The notes beneath the pieces were generated by a model. That model saw only the letters and a program-made list of their open reading frames with translations. It was not told where the DNA came from and made no database searches. DNA of 62,965 nucleotides, filler included, from Perkinsus chesapeaki ATCC PRA-425 (Eukaryota > Protista > Perkinsozoa): NCBI GenBank assembly GCA_013115145.1. It is 7 parts of 7 records of this genome, joined end to end, with 100 filler letters (N's around TTAATTAATTAA, not from the genome) between each part and the next. Parts side by side here need not be neighbours in the genome. Positions count along the whole stretch, not along the records: positions 1 to 24,728 come from JAAPAO010000539.1; 6 more parts are not named here. One strand, given 5' to 3'. The translations under genes and the position numbers were made by a program. Position 1 is the stretch's first letter. Every line of letters begins with the position of its first letter. Shown piece by piece: positions 10,620 through 23,367 of this stretch.

Positions 10620-12943
10620 ATCAGCATGTATGTCGCAATTTCCTTCAAGAACGTGCGTGTCACGTCTAATCCAAGCCACCGTTGTTAAGTCAAGAATAAC
10701 TTGCAATTTCAAGCATTGTACCCATTGAGATAAGTGCTTTCGTTCGCATGAAACTGAAACTACTACAACATCAACTACACCTTCAACTGCTACCAATGAC
10801 ACCACCGATTCATCAAATAACAGAGGCGCTGTTGGATCTGTTGACACTGGTTTATCGGGCATAAAGAAAATGATTTGATCAATAAATCATCAATTTGATC
10901 ATAAATTTTCTGTTCAACACATAACATGTCACGTATTTGACATCTCCCGGAAACAGTACATCTTCATTGTTTGAACGGTAGACAGCTTCAAGCTACATCT
11001 TGCATTACTATGCTGTGGAATTTCGTCACGAAATTCACGGTGCATGATCCATAAAACACTACACACAGATTCTGTGTCATATCTTAGCAAAAATCTGATG
11101 CCATTTTTCGTTCTTTGCTCTTGTTGATTCTCTCTTTCTCTTAATTTTGAAGTTATTGGTGACGAAAAGCGCCAAGTCTGTTTCACGGGCGCTATTGACT
11201 TTCATCATTGCTTCGAGTCCTTTTACTTCTTTTGAGCACGGGCCGCGCTACCTTGAATTTGTGTATTGGTTGAAGCTTAGCCACTAAGCATGAATCATGC
11301 TGCATGGTTCAGGGGCGAACTGGTCCGCGCCAGACTGGGCCTCAGTCACTGGGGGATAGCTGCCAGGGTTTCAGAGTCTTTAAGGTGGCCTTGATAAGGC
11401 CCTGCCGAAGTCCCAATGACAAGTCCGGCCATAAAAGCCGCTTAACCACTCTTGTTGGAATATCTATTGGCCTGTCTCAGATGGGCATCAGATCCAGCAT
11501 AGTACATGCCTTTTAGACTGGAAACGGAACGAAACACGTTCAGCGTGAAACAATCGAGAAGCGATTCGCAAACTCCCGTTCAATTGTATCTTATTTACGA
11601 AAGATTTATATGGCCGAGTTGCCAAGGACCGTCCACGGGTAGACATATACCGCTTCCTGAGCAGTGGAACTTGCGCTATGGATTTCAGCTAGGCCGTGGG
11701 TTTGCTACCATTAGCTTACCCCGTGGGAAGCCGTTGGGGCTGAATGAGTTGAAGGAGCCACTCTCCAATTGGGAATTAATTCGCCAACTTCAAGCCATTA
11801 GCCGATTCGGCTTCTGCAAGCAGCCGATGAGGTGGTATTCTTTGACTGAGGTGCCTGCCATAGTGAAACTGAGTGGACTACCAGGTGGCAACAACTGGTA
11901 AATGCTCATACTTGTCCATAAGCGAACTCAGCAGCTACTAGTTTATGCCTAGTCGAGTGGACATATGACACAGTATGAGAGAGTTACGGTCGAACTCCAC
12001 ATCCAGAAATGGCAGACTCTACCGATTCCACACAATCACACACTCGAGTGTACAATGCAGGATAGAGATTCCTCAGAGTCACTGGATGTAGTACAGTTTA
12101 CCTATGGTGCCCCCCAGACCAGATCTGGCTGCTCCAAGCAGACGAGCGATGCAGTTGAAAACGGGGGATGGCCTGGGGAATTTCCAGTGGGAAAGATTAT
12201 ATATTATCTATTGAACTGAGGTGGCAGCAAGAAACAGACTGAGAAAACGCTTGCCACAGATTCCCACTAACTTGGCAATCGGATGAGAGTTCGGGCGGCG
12301 TGCACGAAGACTCGCCATGAGCTATTATTATCTTCGCCCAAGTGTGAATGGTTTCATTAAATAGTCGATTTACTTGGCAGTCTCATGAGATTCCATAGGG
12401 TAGCATTCTTAAGCTCAGAGATATCTGTAGCTTCCTCTGTGCACCTGTGCTGCAAACGCCAGAGACAAGGGCGAGCCTGGTTTGTGCTGCTGTTGTGCTC
12501 ATTCGGCCAGCACAACAGCAGCACTGTGCTGCACATATCAACGTATTGACAGTGGACGGTGCCTCAAGTCCCCGCTCGCTCTATATCAGCAGCTCGTGGC
12601 AAGTCGACGCGGAAGTTGAAATGTCCGAAAGTGTTCTGCGTGTGGAATATGGAGCGAGGCGGGACGACACTAGTCAAGTTGTACACAAGCCGTCGGTGTA
12701 TCAGACTGATGCGTCGACCGCCGAGACGCGAGACCCCCTCTCGCAGAAGTCGACAATATACGCTCCGCTAACGGGGATTCCCCGACGGCTGACATACTTG
12801 AAGAGAGAGAATTGGAATACCGGATGTGATCCGGTGTTCCTCCACATGCTATACCCAGAACTTGCTGCCGGAGAGGATCCCTCTCGTTCGCACGACTCGT
12901 ACCTCTGAAGAACTCCTTCTCACTCTCCGTTGTTTACGGTAAA

Positions 12944-14616
12944 ATGCTGTCGACTCTGGCATTTCTTCTCCTTGCTACTTCCCTTCAATATCATGCTGAG
13001 AGCTACTCTCAGCGATCGGTTACTCTCATCAAAGTTGAGCCTCCTAAGCTAACAGTTTTCAACTCATCTCAAGGTAGACATTGGTTTAGTCTCCATAATA
13101 GGCCTTTTCAATTTCAGGAATCCTCAAGCATGTAGAAACGCTAAAGATGCAAAAAGCTGGTTGGGCGACTAGGCAGTTATCGATGATTTTCAGTGAGGAC
13201 GGCTCCGAAATGGTGGGAGGCATGCCCCACAAGTAGTCCGGAAGCCGTAGTTGTGGAGCGAAAAATGCTTCAACCTCTCAGGCATTATTGTTGGATGGCG
13301 AACCCTTTCACAATTGGAGGCTCCAAAACTCTTATTTCAACAGATTGGTTGCCTGACCCGGAAGACGTCTCCTTACGCCGGATTGCTTCCTGTAGGCTAG
13401 CGTTTCGACGACGTCGCTCAATCCTTACTCGGTCTCAGCTCTACGTCTTATGGAGAAGCTCATAATGAACGGTGACTATTACGGAGGGCTGATGGGTGAG
13501 TTTTATGCCCTCCACGAGAACAGCGACGTCATGAAGTAGTTGAAGGCTGCATTAATAAACAACCTGTTGGCAGCTTTGTTGTGCTCAGATACTCGGACGG
13601 ACTGCAAAAAGGTCGCGGCGTATATACTGGCGTACATGCCATGAGCCTTTCTAGAAGGTGTGCATTTCAGAGAACTATATTAAAGCTGCGTAAGAGAATG
13701 TCCGTATGGTACCAGTAACCAGTACATTGATTAGGTACAACCCCAGGTAGCGGCGATCATGGTCTTTTGGTGATACTCTGTCAGAGACCACTCATGTACC
13801 CAGACATAGAGGGTTTCGCTTACAATGAGGCATCTAAAGAGACTCATAAGTTTTGGATCAAGGCAAGCGAGTGAACACGTTCGAGTTCGTTACTTCTCCA
13901 CACCAGAGCGATCCTTACATGTGGATGTGCGATGTGGCCCAGTTGAAGAACGGTGATATCATGCTTCTTCACCAGAGGTAGACCGATGCATCATATTTCG
14001 ATATTAGAAAGTTTCCCACAGGAACCCCCGGGATGTGAATTATAAAGTGGCGATTTCCTACATCAACATAGAAGCCATCCGTGAAGCTATCTTCAAGAAT
14101 GGGATTGTTACACCAACAGTCATCTTTGAGTTGGTCGGCAAAAGGTGAGTATCCTATTATTTAATCGGGCCTATATAAAAGGCACACCGACCAGCGGTTA
14201 TTATCGGTATTGTGACTAATACTGTATTAGATTTCACACCGCCGTCTTCAGAACGGCGTCTTGCCACCATCTCGATGTTTGATAGACTTTCAAGCCTTTA
14301 GATACCTGGGTGACCTTGTGGAAGGTCTTGCATTACACGAGGACCGGAACGCGATATATGTATACGTCCTCGGCAAGAACTATGAAGGGCGTGTAAGGCT
14401 CGATATCATTTCGCTCTCTGGAGTTCTGTGTGTCAGGTCCCTGTCGACGCTTACTATTCCAAATTCCACTGGGCTCCTAATACGACCCTTTTTACTGACA
14501 CTTTTTATACGCCATATAGTATTGCTATCCGTCCAGGCATCCATTTGGCTCAGACATCGACTGTCCTTTTTATCTTCGTTACTTTCGGACTTTTGCGTAC
14601 TCAAATCTTGGGCTAA
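12944..14616 (+). CDS. Putative secreted or membrane protein, multi-exon, unknown function
   Basis: Signal-peptide-like start MLSTLAFLLLATSLQYHAES, several GT-AG-bounded exons, and a hydrophobic end (...TVLFIFVTFGLLRTQILG). Confidence 0.4.
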
Positions 14617-16148
14617 GCGTGACCCATGTCGCGGCTTCTCCCAGGCCTCGCTCCTGGATGCCGGTCAGAGGTCCGCTCTCCGAGAGTTCTGTAGACCCCA
14701 GGCTGGGGAGTCCAGCAAGATTTTTCTTATCGTTGTCCTTCGGTACGACTTACCCGATTAGTCATCTGACGGTCCCTTTATCGTTCTCATGACCCTGTAT
14801 CGATTCTTCCGAAAGATTCTAGCCAAACGTTTTCGTGTTGTTGCAGTTGAATTCAACACCAAGAAGTTCTGGGCTGCTTTCCCAATATAAAGAGACAGGT
14901 ATATAGGACTCTGCGCGGATTACCACATACGGTCTTTTCGACAAACGTCTCTTGGCTCCCTGTGCTTGTCATGCATCCCGAATAAACGAGGCAAACAGCG
15001 CTGTGGTGAGGAAAATGGCTGTTCACGGATTGGGTGACTCGGAAGTCCCGAAACGAAACTCAGTCGCAGAGGCGATGGAGCAGCCTTGCACAGTTGGTTA
15101 CCTCAAGAGCAGATTAGGTCCGAGGATCGCTCACAGACTTGACCGACTTTTGGGCGAGATCGAACCATCAGCGAGCTACATTGAGGGCCTCAATTTGAGG
15201 CTGCAGCAACTTGACGCTTCTCTGGCTTCTGGGCGCAGGTGTGGTTGTCAGGGTGTAGGTCTCTACTGCCCATAGAGCGGGTCAGACACGAGCTCTTTGG
15301 TGTCACGCCGGTAGTAACACCTGCAACATGGCTTAAAGACGGATGCACTTCCGCAATCTTCATTCTGGACGTCAAGGCAACGGGTGAGGCTGGATGGTTC
15401 GACTCCTCAGCTAGTATCATTATACACAAGTTGTGTAATGTAAATTGTCTCCCGCATGGGCCGCAGTAAATGAGGATCTGGGCACTCCTTCAAACTCAGT
15501 AGTCTACCGAGTGTATCACCACATATCCTTCGTGAGCATTAAACGGCCTTTGCCACATCGTCCTAAGGACGACGTCCTCCGAATTTTCTAGTTTCGTTTC
15601 CCGCATAAATAACATGAACGTTGCCATAGATCGGTTGAACCAATTCGGTTCAAGGATGTCCCTTCTCGAATGTTGGTGGTACTCCTCTTGGAGGAGTCCT
15701 CCATCATACAGATTTTCCGATCGCAGTAGGGCCAGAGGTGAGGATGCCTTCACGTGTGTTCACCGTTTTAGTCTAGGAGTAAAACTACCTGACTGAAGTC
15801 CACTGGCTCTCTTTATGTGCTCAGCTCGATAACAAGCCCTGTGCGAAGCCGGAATATAGCCAGTGATCCGTGAAGTACGAGGGCCTAGACCTGTCGTTTA
15901 GCCACTTGCTTATGTGCGTTGCCATAGACCTATGTTCATGGGGGCTGGATTATGCACTTTGTGTTCCTGAAGTAAGTGTAGTTGCGTCAACAACGCTAGA
16001 GTGCTTCAATGAACTTGATTCCCTGTATGAATGATCTGAATGAGTGTTGCGACTCAGGGAGCGACTCAGGGAAGGTTACCTTTGTCTATGCTATTCTGTT
16101 CCTTCATTTGCATTATCACGTGTGCAGTTGCTCCACCCCTTCATTTTC

Positions 16149-18510
16149 ATGCATTCCTTTCCACGTTTCTTAATACTGCTCTCCGCATGCATCATCAACT
16201 CAGTGCTCGCTGACGTGAACGCCGCCGTAGATCGCTTGGTAGATGCCCTCCCCGGACAGGTTCAAACTACTAATATTGCTCCTCCTTACAATACACGTTT
16301 CGATCAAGCCAACGGTTATGTTCCTGCTGCTATGGTGCATGTGCGCTCCGCCGACGACATTCGTATAGCCCTAGAGATTTGTTATGATGAAGGAGCCCCT
16401 GTGGCTATGAGAAGTAACGGTGGCCATTCATACATCGGCCAGTCTACTGTTGATGATGGTATCATCATAAGCTTCACCCAACTCACTAGCTTCGGTATCG
16501 CCGAAGATGGTGATAGTTATATCGCTAAGATGGGCTCTGGTCTCAAGGAGTTGGAGGTTTACTCTAGGTTGGCTCGACACGACCCGCCTCTTGGCTTCGC
16601 TGGTGGATCCGGCTCGACCGTTGGTATAGCTGGTTTGATCTCTGGTGGTGGTCATGGCCTCTCGTCTGCCAAGTATGGTTTAAGCTCTGACAGAGTGGTT
16701 GCTGCCGAAGTAGTAATCTATAACCGTGATGAGGACAAGTTCGAGCTTATTACCGCTACACGCTACAACGAGCATTCTGATTTATTATTTGCCATCCGAG
16801 GTGGTATGGGTGGTAACTATGGTGCACTTGTCTCTCTGAGTTATGAAGCCTTTCCTGTTACCAATGTTGTAGTTATTTCTGGTAAGAAATTTGAAGTCAA
16901 TCCTACTGTACAAGCTCAACGTATCAAGTCGTTCCAAGAGTTTATGCATTCTGATGCCGCTGGCCCTGAGATCTTCGGTATTGGCAAATTCCTCGGAGGA
17001 GGTGGTATTCAATACAGTGCGCAATGTATCTGTGATGCTGCCGGCGATTGCACTTCTTGCCATGCAAAGCTTGACCTGTTGGAAGCTGCGGTCGGCCTGT
17101 CTAGCCCACTTCGTGTCCAACAAGACTTCGGTAAGGCTATGTGGTACTGGGCTGATTGCACCGCTGATTCCTGGATGGACTTTTATCCTGTTAAGGGCTT
17201 AGCTGATTGCAGTGAAGCGGAGCTACAAGAGGCAATGGAGAAGTGTTGGGCATTTGACAGGGAGGTTTATGGTGGTCCTTATAAAGCTAAGTCTATCTAC
17301 TTTCCGTCTGATATGCGAATGGAAGATTTGCAGTCTCTTGCCGACGCTGCTGTCGACCCCGTTTGTCAGTCCCCTGGCGACTGTGTTATTATGTTTGATT
17401 TTTATGGTCACTCTATGTCTGAAGAGCCAGTCGAATGTGATCAGAGTAAAGGCAAGTGCACTGCGTTTGATCACAGAACTCCTGGCTGGCATATGCAGAT
17501 CCTAGCTATTTGGGAAGAAGGTGATCCTACACCGACTGATAAGCTGAAGTGGTTACAGGAGTCTTATGAGTCAGTGCTGCCTGGCTCACTTGGTACTGCT
17601 TACCAGAATTACATTGACTCTGATTTAGGAGAAGGTCGTCAGTGGATAGCACAATACTTCCCTGACGGTGGGACTTATCCGAGGTTGCAGGAAGTCAAGT
17701 GCAAGTACAACTCGATTGATATGTATAACTTCGATGCGATTGACTTGATGACTGTTGAGATCGACAACGAGATTTGTGGCTTGGCTCCGACAACCACTAC
17801 TGAGGCTCCGACCACCACTACTGAGGCTCCGACCACCACTACTGAGGCTCCGACAACCACTACTGAGGCTCCGACAACCACTACTGAGGCTCCGACCACC
17901 ACTACTGAGGCTCCGACCACCACTACTGAGGCTCCGACCACCACTACTGAGGCTCCGACCACCACTACTGGAGNNNNNNNNNNNNNNNNNNNNNNNNNNN
18001 NNNNNNNNNNNNNNNNNNNNNNNNNNNNNNNNNNNNNNNNNNNNNNNNNNNNNNNNNNNNNNNNNNNNNTAGCCTCCGACCACCACTACTGAGGCTCCGA
18101 CCACCACTACTGAGCCTCCGACCACTACTACTGAGCCTCCGAGCACTACTACTGAGGCTCCGATCACTGCTACTGAGCCTCCGATCACTACTACTGATGC
18201 TCCAACCTCTACAACTGAGGCTCCGACCACTACTACCGATGCCGGCACGTGCGATGAAGCCGACAGGAAGTGTTCCGAAGGTTACCCGGGATCCTTTTGT
18301 ATGACTTACAAGGTCCCATCGGTCTGTTGGGGAAGCAACGAGATCTGCTCTTGTAACCGTCATCCGGCATCGTCCACCGCCAAAACAACCGGTGCAGCCT
18401 GCTATGAAGAAGATCTTCGCTGTGCTCGTATTCGAGCAGGTTCTTACTGCAAGTACTGGTCAACTCCTTCCAATTGCTGGGGTACCAATGAGCCTTGCAG
18501 CTGTAGCTAA
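16149..18510 (+). CDS. Secreted FAD-linked oxidase (berberine bridge enzyme/AA7-like) with mucin-like stalk and two C-terminal Cys-rich modules
   Basis: Signal peptide MHSFPRFLILLSAC. FAD motif RSNGGHSY. GSGSTVGIAGLISGGGHG. BBE C-terminal AYQNYID...YPRLQEVKCKY. PTTTTEA repeats cross the N gap, and the frame resumes after it to TAA at 18508-18510. The apparent frame change comes from the fixed-length gap. Confidence 0.92.
17784..18236 (+). repeat. 21-bp coding tandem repeat encoding PTTTTEA (mucin-like)
   Basis: CCGAC(C/A)ACCACTACTGAGGCT units occur on both sides of the gap at 17974-18069. Confidence 0.95.
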
Positions 18511-20749
18511 TTATTCGGTTTTGAACTTCCTTCGTTTCTCTTTTTAGCATCTTGCTATTCTTATTCTTTCATTCGTCGTAGCTGATATAATGTGGTAGTT
18601 AAAACTAGTAGTAAAATGAGTAGTTATGAAGTGCGTTGTGTTGTTATGAGCTTGTCAGTGTCAACTTAGTGAAACCCCACCCGTGCTCGCCACTGCTACT
18701 CAGCCTGCGTTCAAAGCTCATTCAATCTTTGACTGTAGCAATAATATGGTTGTAACCGAGATTCAAGGAAACACAAGAACCACATAGGAGTTTGTATAAG
18801 ATTCTCAAGCGATTATTCCCAGTACATCCGCGATAAGATTCCCTGGCTACGCTAACAATTCACGCTAAGTGTGAGCTCTGCCTCTCTGCCCTGGATGAAA
18901 TAGGCAGAGTGCCGTCAGAGTGAATCATTTACGTTATTGGAGGATTTATGGATGCAGAAGATTGACTTGTCTTAGGAATGCACTAACTTCGACTTCTCTC
19001 AGGAATGCACTAACTTCGGGTTGTAGCACGAGTGGAGCGGCGCAAAATGGTCAGAGGTTCATGGTCTCATCTTCTCTATCAATATATCCACCGCTACTGT
19101 GTCCGTTAACCAACCGATGTCGACTAAGTCTAGAAGATGTGTCAACTCAAGGATCTTGAGTCAAGAGAAAGGACGTAACGGCTGTCATGTCATAAGTATT
19201 ACTCATTAAGTCAACGAAAATAGATACATATCTCCACTAGATACGCTTCCACTCATGTGGTTAAGCAGATGATCGTGAGCCACCTCAGGTTATCGCGGGC
19301 TGTTTGGAATAGTGTACGCCTGAACACTGGAGGAACTCAACATGACTACGGGTAGAGAGATACAAAAGAGTGAGCACCGCTCTATTCATTGTTCGCTGAG
19401 CATTGAAAAGCTCTGAGCGCGCGCGTACACCTAAGCGCTCGCGGTCATAGCTAATGGCTGCCTTCACGCATATTCACCAGACACGCCGCTGCTCTTCCCC
19501 TTTGATCCGGTTGCGCCCTAGCACGCTTGTCACAAAAGAACCAGACAAGGGAAACCAGAGAGGGATGCTAGTTTTTACCCTCCGAAGGTTATCTCAGACC
19601 GTTTACCTACCAGACAGTACCAAACTTTTTTGTGAGCATTGTGCCTTGAGAAGATAGCGCGGATGACCTCGAGAGCGGCCGTATAGGCTACTGGGCTTGA
19701 TGCGTGCCCGGAAAAGGACGCGTTGGAAGATGCAACTAAATCCATCGTCGTTCAGCATCAACGATCGCGTCGGTGCCGGAGAGGTGATGGTAAATAATGT
19801 ATAATAATGTGATGTGAGGTTATCTCATGAGATAGTTCGCATACAGTCTGGTCAGAAAAAAAATTGTCCAGCGCCGATCTGAATGACTTAACGATCGAAT
19901 ATGAGAACAAGATTGGTAGCAGATCGGCACTGGACAATTTTTTTGACCAGACTGTATTAAAAATATGGTATGAGTGTAATACGATATAAAAAACGGGTGT
20001 CGTGGAGCCTCACTGATAGAGATGTGACCGGCTAACACACACGAAAGCTTGTTTTTAACAAGCCGTTTGAAAAAATACTCAAGAAATGGATCCCTGGAAC
20101 GATTCTGGCGTAATGGTTTAACTGACTCACCGTGTAGCATACACTCTTTAACCTATCGAATTTCGGCAGTCGAAACTAGTCAGAGATGTCCAAGCAACCA
20201 CTTGATGCCGAAGCCGTTCAATTTCCGTCCTTGGAGATTTCCAAAGGAGTTGAGTCTTGCGGAGGCCGACTGTTACGAACCGAGATCAATGGCGATGGAC
20301 AGCAGGGAGAGAACGAATTGGCCGGATGGAAGAAAATTCCTTGAACACTGCGTGGAATAGTGTGTAGCGTAGGTCGCCAACATATGATACGAGGCAAACG
20401 GAGTGGGAGTTCCACTGTAGATTCCAGTGTGTAACCGCATGATGCGGCTCATTCGATGGGCTCGAAACTCACGGTGTGTGTGAGCTTATAGTCCAACGCC
20501 GAAATTAGCTTAGTTAGACTATCCATTCTATGTGCAACTTCAGAGCGACAGGTTGATACCTATACTGTTATTGTCACTGTAGAGTTAACCAAAAACGAAT
20601 GTAGCTAGTCTCAAGAGATCCTACTCCCCCTAGCAGAATTCACTTACGCAACCATGCGAAAACAAGCTTCATCTCTAGGACTTGAAGCATTCAGTCTTGC
20701 CACACAGCTTCACTCGATCAGGCATCCCCATGAGCTCACTATTAATTAT

Positions 20750-21560
20750 CTATTGTTATGTAATATAAATATATAATAAATTATAATATAATGAAAGGAT
20801 TAAATATATATAAATATTAACTAGTTTATTACCTTATAAATAATATATAATATATCTATATACTTGTTATTAGTAATATTAGTAATTATATAATATTAGC
20901 AATGGGTTATAATGCTCTCAACCCCCATTCCGCAAGTGTCTAAAAAATATTTTCTCAGAAAAGCTGGCGACCGCTGCACATTGTGCAGTGCACATCGCTT
21001 CACACAAATTGTAATCTGCCCGAGAGTTCCGTTCTCGTCCACAAAGGAAGGCCGAAAACGTGACCGATCCGGTCGCTTACAATCGAACAGTAAGTGTGAG
21101 CTATCATCCCTTACTCCACAGTGGTCACAGTTTATATCATGAGTCGCGACATTGATGCCAGGCCGATACACATAGGCGTTTAACAGAGGAGAGTGTCCAG
21201 ATAAGAGTTGTAAAAATGCACCATTCTTGCTAGTCCGCACAACGCACTGCAGGCATTCTCTCTGCCTTGAACTTCGTACAGCCCTTTGTAAGGGTTCAGA
21301 TAAAGAGGATACCATTCTAAAAATATGGTAATCTCTCAATAGAGAAAGACGAAATTTGGTATCAGCGGGTTTGACAACTTTTCCAGGAGTATTGTCCTCG
21401 CAGTAATGATGAGTGGTGGGGAAGCCCCACTCCTCCAGCAGCTCTCGAAATTTGGTAGTACCTACCTTCCCGTACTCCTCCTAACCCTTAAAGCTCTTCT
21501 GAGGAAGCTAGCCCCCAAAAGATCTATCTCTTCTCTCATGGTTTTATTTGCAATAGTCCC
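20750..21560 (-). mobile_element. 3' fragment of a non-LTR (LINE) retrotransposon with C-terminal CCHC knuckle and AT-rich tail
   Basis: ORF 20896-21339 contains FLQLLSGHSPLLNAY...CDHCGVRDDSSHLLFDC, typical of LINE ORF2 C-termini. It is followed by an AT-rich tract (20750-20895). Upstream frames are broken by stops. Confidence 0.7.
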
Positions 21561-21599
21561 TCCCCATATTTCATGAGCATATAGAATGATCGGTAGTAG

Positions 21600-22330
21600 T
21601 CCTTTATTGTATATTTCGGTGAAGATTCCGAAGATTTCGATTCGTCTGCTTATCGGCCCACTACAAGACAGGTCAAGAGGTGGCTTGGTTGGTTATCTGA
21701 CTTGGTTATCTGATGGAGTTTGACGAGCGGTCTCATGCCGGTCACCTACCGGCATGTGAAGGGGAAGGATAACTCCTTTAGCGTCTTGCTAAGTCGTTTA
21801 ATTCAAGGCGGGAAGTCCTACCTTCCGGAAGGAGGAAAGGACGCGTTTGTTCTCCTAACGAGCGCTTCTTCCAATAGTGATTCTGTGACGGCCCAAGACC
21901 TTGTGCCCTCCCTGCTGCAAGGCGAGCTGCGGAGTAAACTCATCTCTTTACAACACTCCGATTCATCCACTCTGCTACACTCGGAATCCCTGAAGGCTTG
22001 GCATGATCACTTTCGGGCTAACACCCAGGTTTCCAGGCTTGCTGCCGAAGCCAAGAGGCTTGGTCTAGTGACCCTCGAGAGGGGCCTGCTTCCGACAATT
22101 TCTGATGTGGACACTGGTGGGGCGGTTTTTGTGCCAGGCACAAAAATCACAGGCCCTGTGATACCCATTGGGCAGATGAATGGACTGGATGAATTGGTCA
22201 GCACTAACGTCCACGTGGATTGGAATGTGCGCGATTGGCTCCTATTCGTGACCCGTGATCTCGACTACCACCGATCCGCCAGGAATATGAGGGACTCGTT
22301 AGTGTTTTTATTCACGCAAGCGCATCGCCT
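21600..22330 (+). mobile_element. Decayed Ty3/gypsy pol fragment (RNase H end to integrase N-terminus)
   Basis: RWLGWLSDL then YRHVKGKDNSFSVLLSR matches the RNase H end motif H-x-x-G-K-x-N-x-x-A-D-x-LSR. RDWLLFVTRDLDYHRSARNM resembles a degenerate integrase zinc-binding region. Confidence 0.65.
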
Positions 22331-22908
22331 AAGCTCAGCGCAGGGCGGCGCATCGCGCCTGTGGGCGAAAGGCCTTACTCGCGGAAAACGGGGTCTCGAA
22401 TGCACAAGCTATCAACAAACAGATAACAACAAAAGAAGGACCACAGTGGTCCGACCACTAACGACTCAGCGCGGTCGTTAGAATTCCAAAGACCATAACT
22501 CGCTATCTCGAGGTCTTCAACAACCAGGAGGAGAAGGGGTAGACCAACGGTGACGTGCGTACCAGCACGGCTCTACGTTAAGATATTGGGGGTCTGAGTA
22601 GGTGGCCTTTGTGACTCCCATAAAGTATAGAAGCGAACTGGTAGAGCTCGCGACACGTATTAGGGTCATCGCCATGAACAAAAGAAAAAAAAGGTTAGTT
22701 GTGAAGTACGCTGCCGGAAGTTCATTTACGCAACTGGTGCTCGCGGCGCGTCACACCCTATGGGTTCGTGGAACAAGTTGGCCCGGCCAACACCACTCCG
22801 CCCATGAACACAATTTTAGGCTTCCCGTGAACAGCTGAGTGAGTATCATATACTAGAAACGAGGCGTATGTTTCAAGCATCCTGGAGTTGTTAGCTTTCC
22901 CAATTATC

Positions 22909-23367
22909 ATGACCGGTCATTGGTTAATGTGTCTGCTGGCTCTGGACGCTGTCCTGGCTACGAATAAAAAACTCGGAGGGTGGTATAAAGCAGAAATCTC
23001 CAAAGAGATATGCTTAGACGTCTTCTTCCATGATCGTGAAGGGACCGTCCAAGAGGAAGTCATTTGTGGGCAGGCTGGCACGGTGGTCTCCGAAGAGATG
23101 ATGCTCAAGGGGAAAAACCCATATACGGTTGCGGCCTCGGACAAGCCGAAACTTAGACACTTCTTAGATGATGTCAAGAAGATATGTAATATTATATTTG
23201 ACCCTACAAAGGACGGTGTGTTTCAATATGAAGAGCAGCAGGATATCGTGCTGTACAAGAATGGGTCGAGAGATGATGAATTTATAACGATGAAACCAGG
23301 CACCTGCGAGCAGGTGGTTCAGGCAATCAGCAGTCAGCGCTGGTATGATCGAGATGTATTTGCATAA
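22909..23367 (+). CDS. Small intronless secreted protein, lineage-specific
   Basis: Signal-peptide-like MTGHWLMCLLALDAVLA, four spaced Cys in the mature part, single 152-aa ORF. Confidence 0.7.
   Translation: MTGHWLMCLLALDAVLATNKKLGGWYKAEISKEICLDVFFHDREGTVQEEVICGQAGTVVSEEMMLKGKNPYTVAASDKPKLRHFLDDVKKICNIIFDPTKDGVFQYEEQQDIVLYKNGSRDDEFITMKPGTCEQVVQAISSQRWYDRDVFA

Noticed and set aside
11300-12910. Several 70-150 aa ORFs as identifiable genes
   Set aside because: No recognisable motif or consistent exon chain could be built by eye, so the region was left unannotated.
17625-18363. Antisense or alternative-frame ORFs (VVVVGAS, LLRLRPP, SSGGRSL repeats)
   Set aside because: These are shadows of the PTTTTEA coding repeat.
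18974-19018. 18-bp direct repeat AGGAATGCACTAACTTCG
   Set aside because: It is an isolated two-copy micro-duplication with no associated feature.
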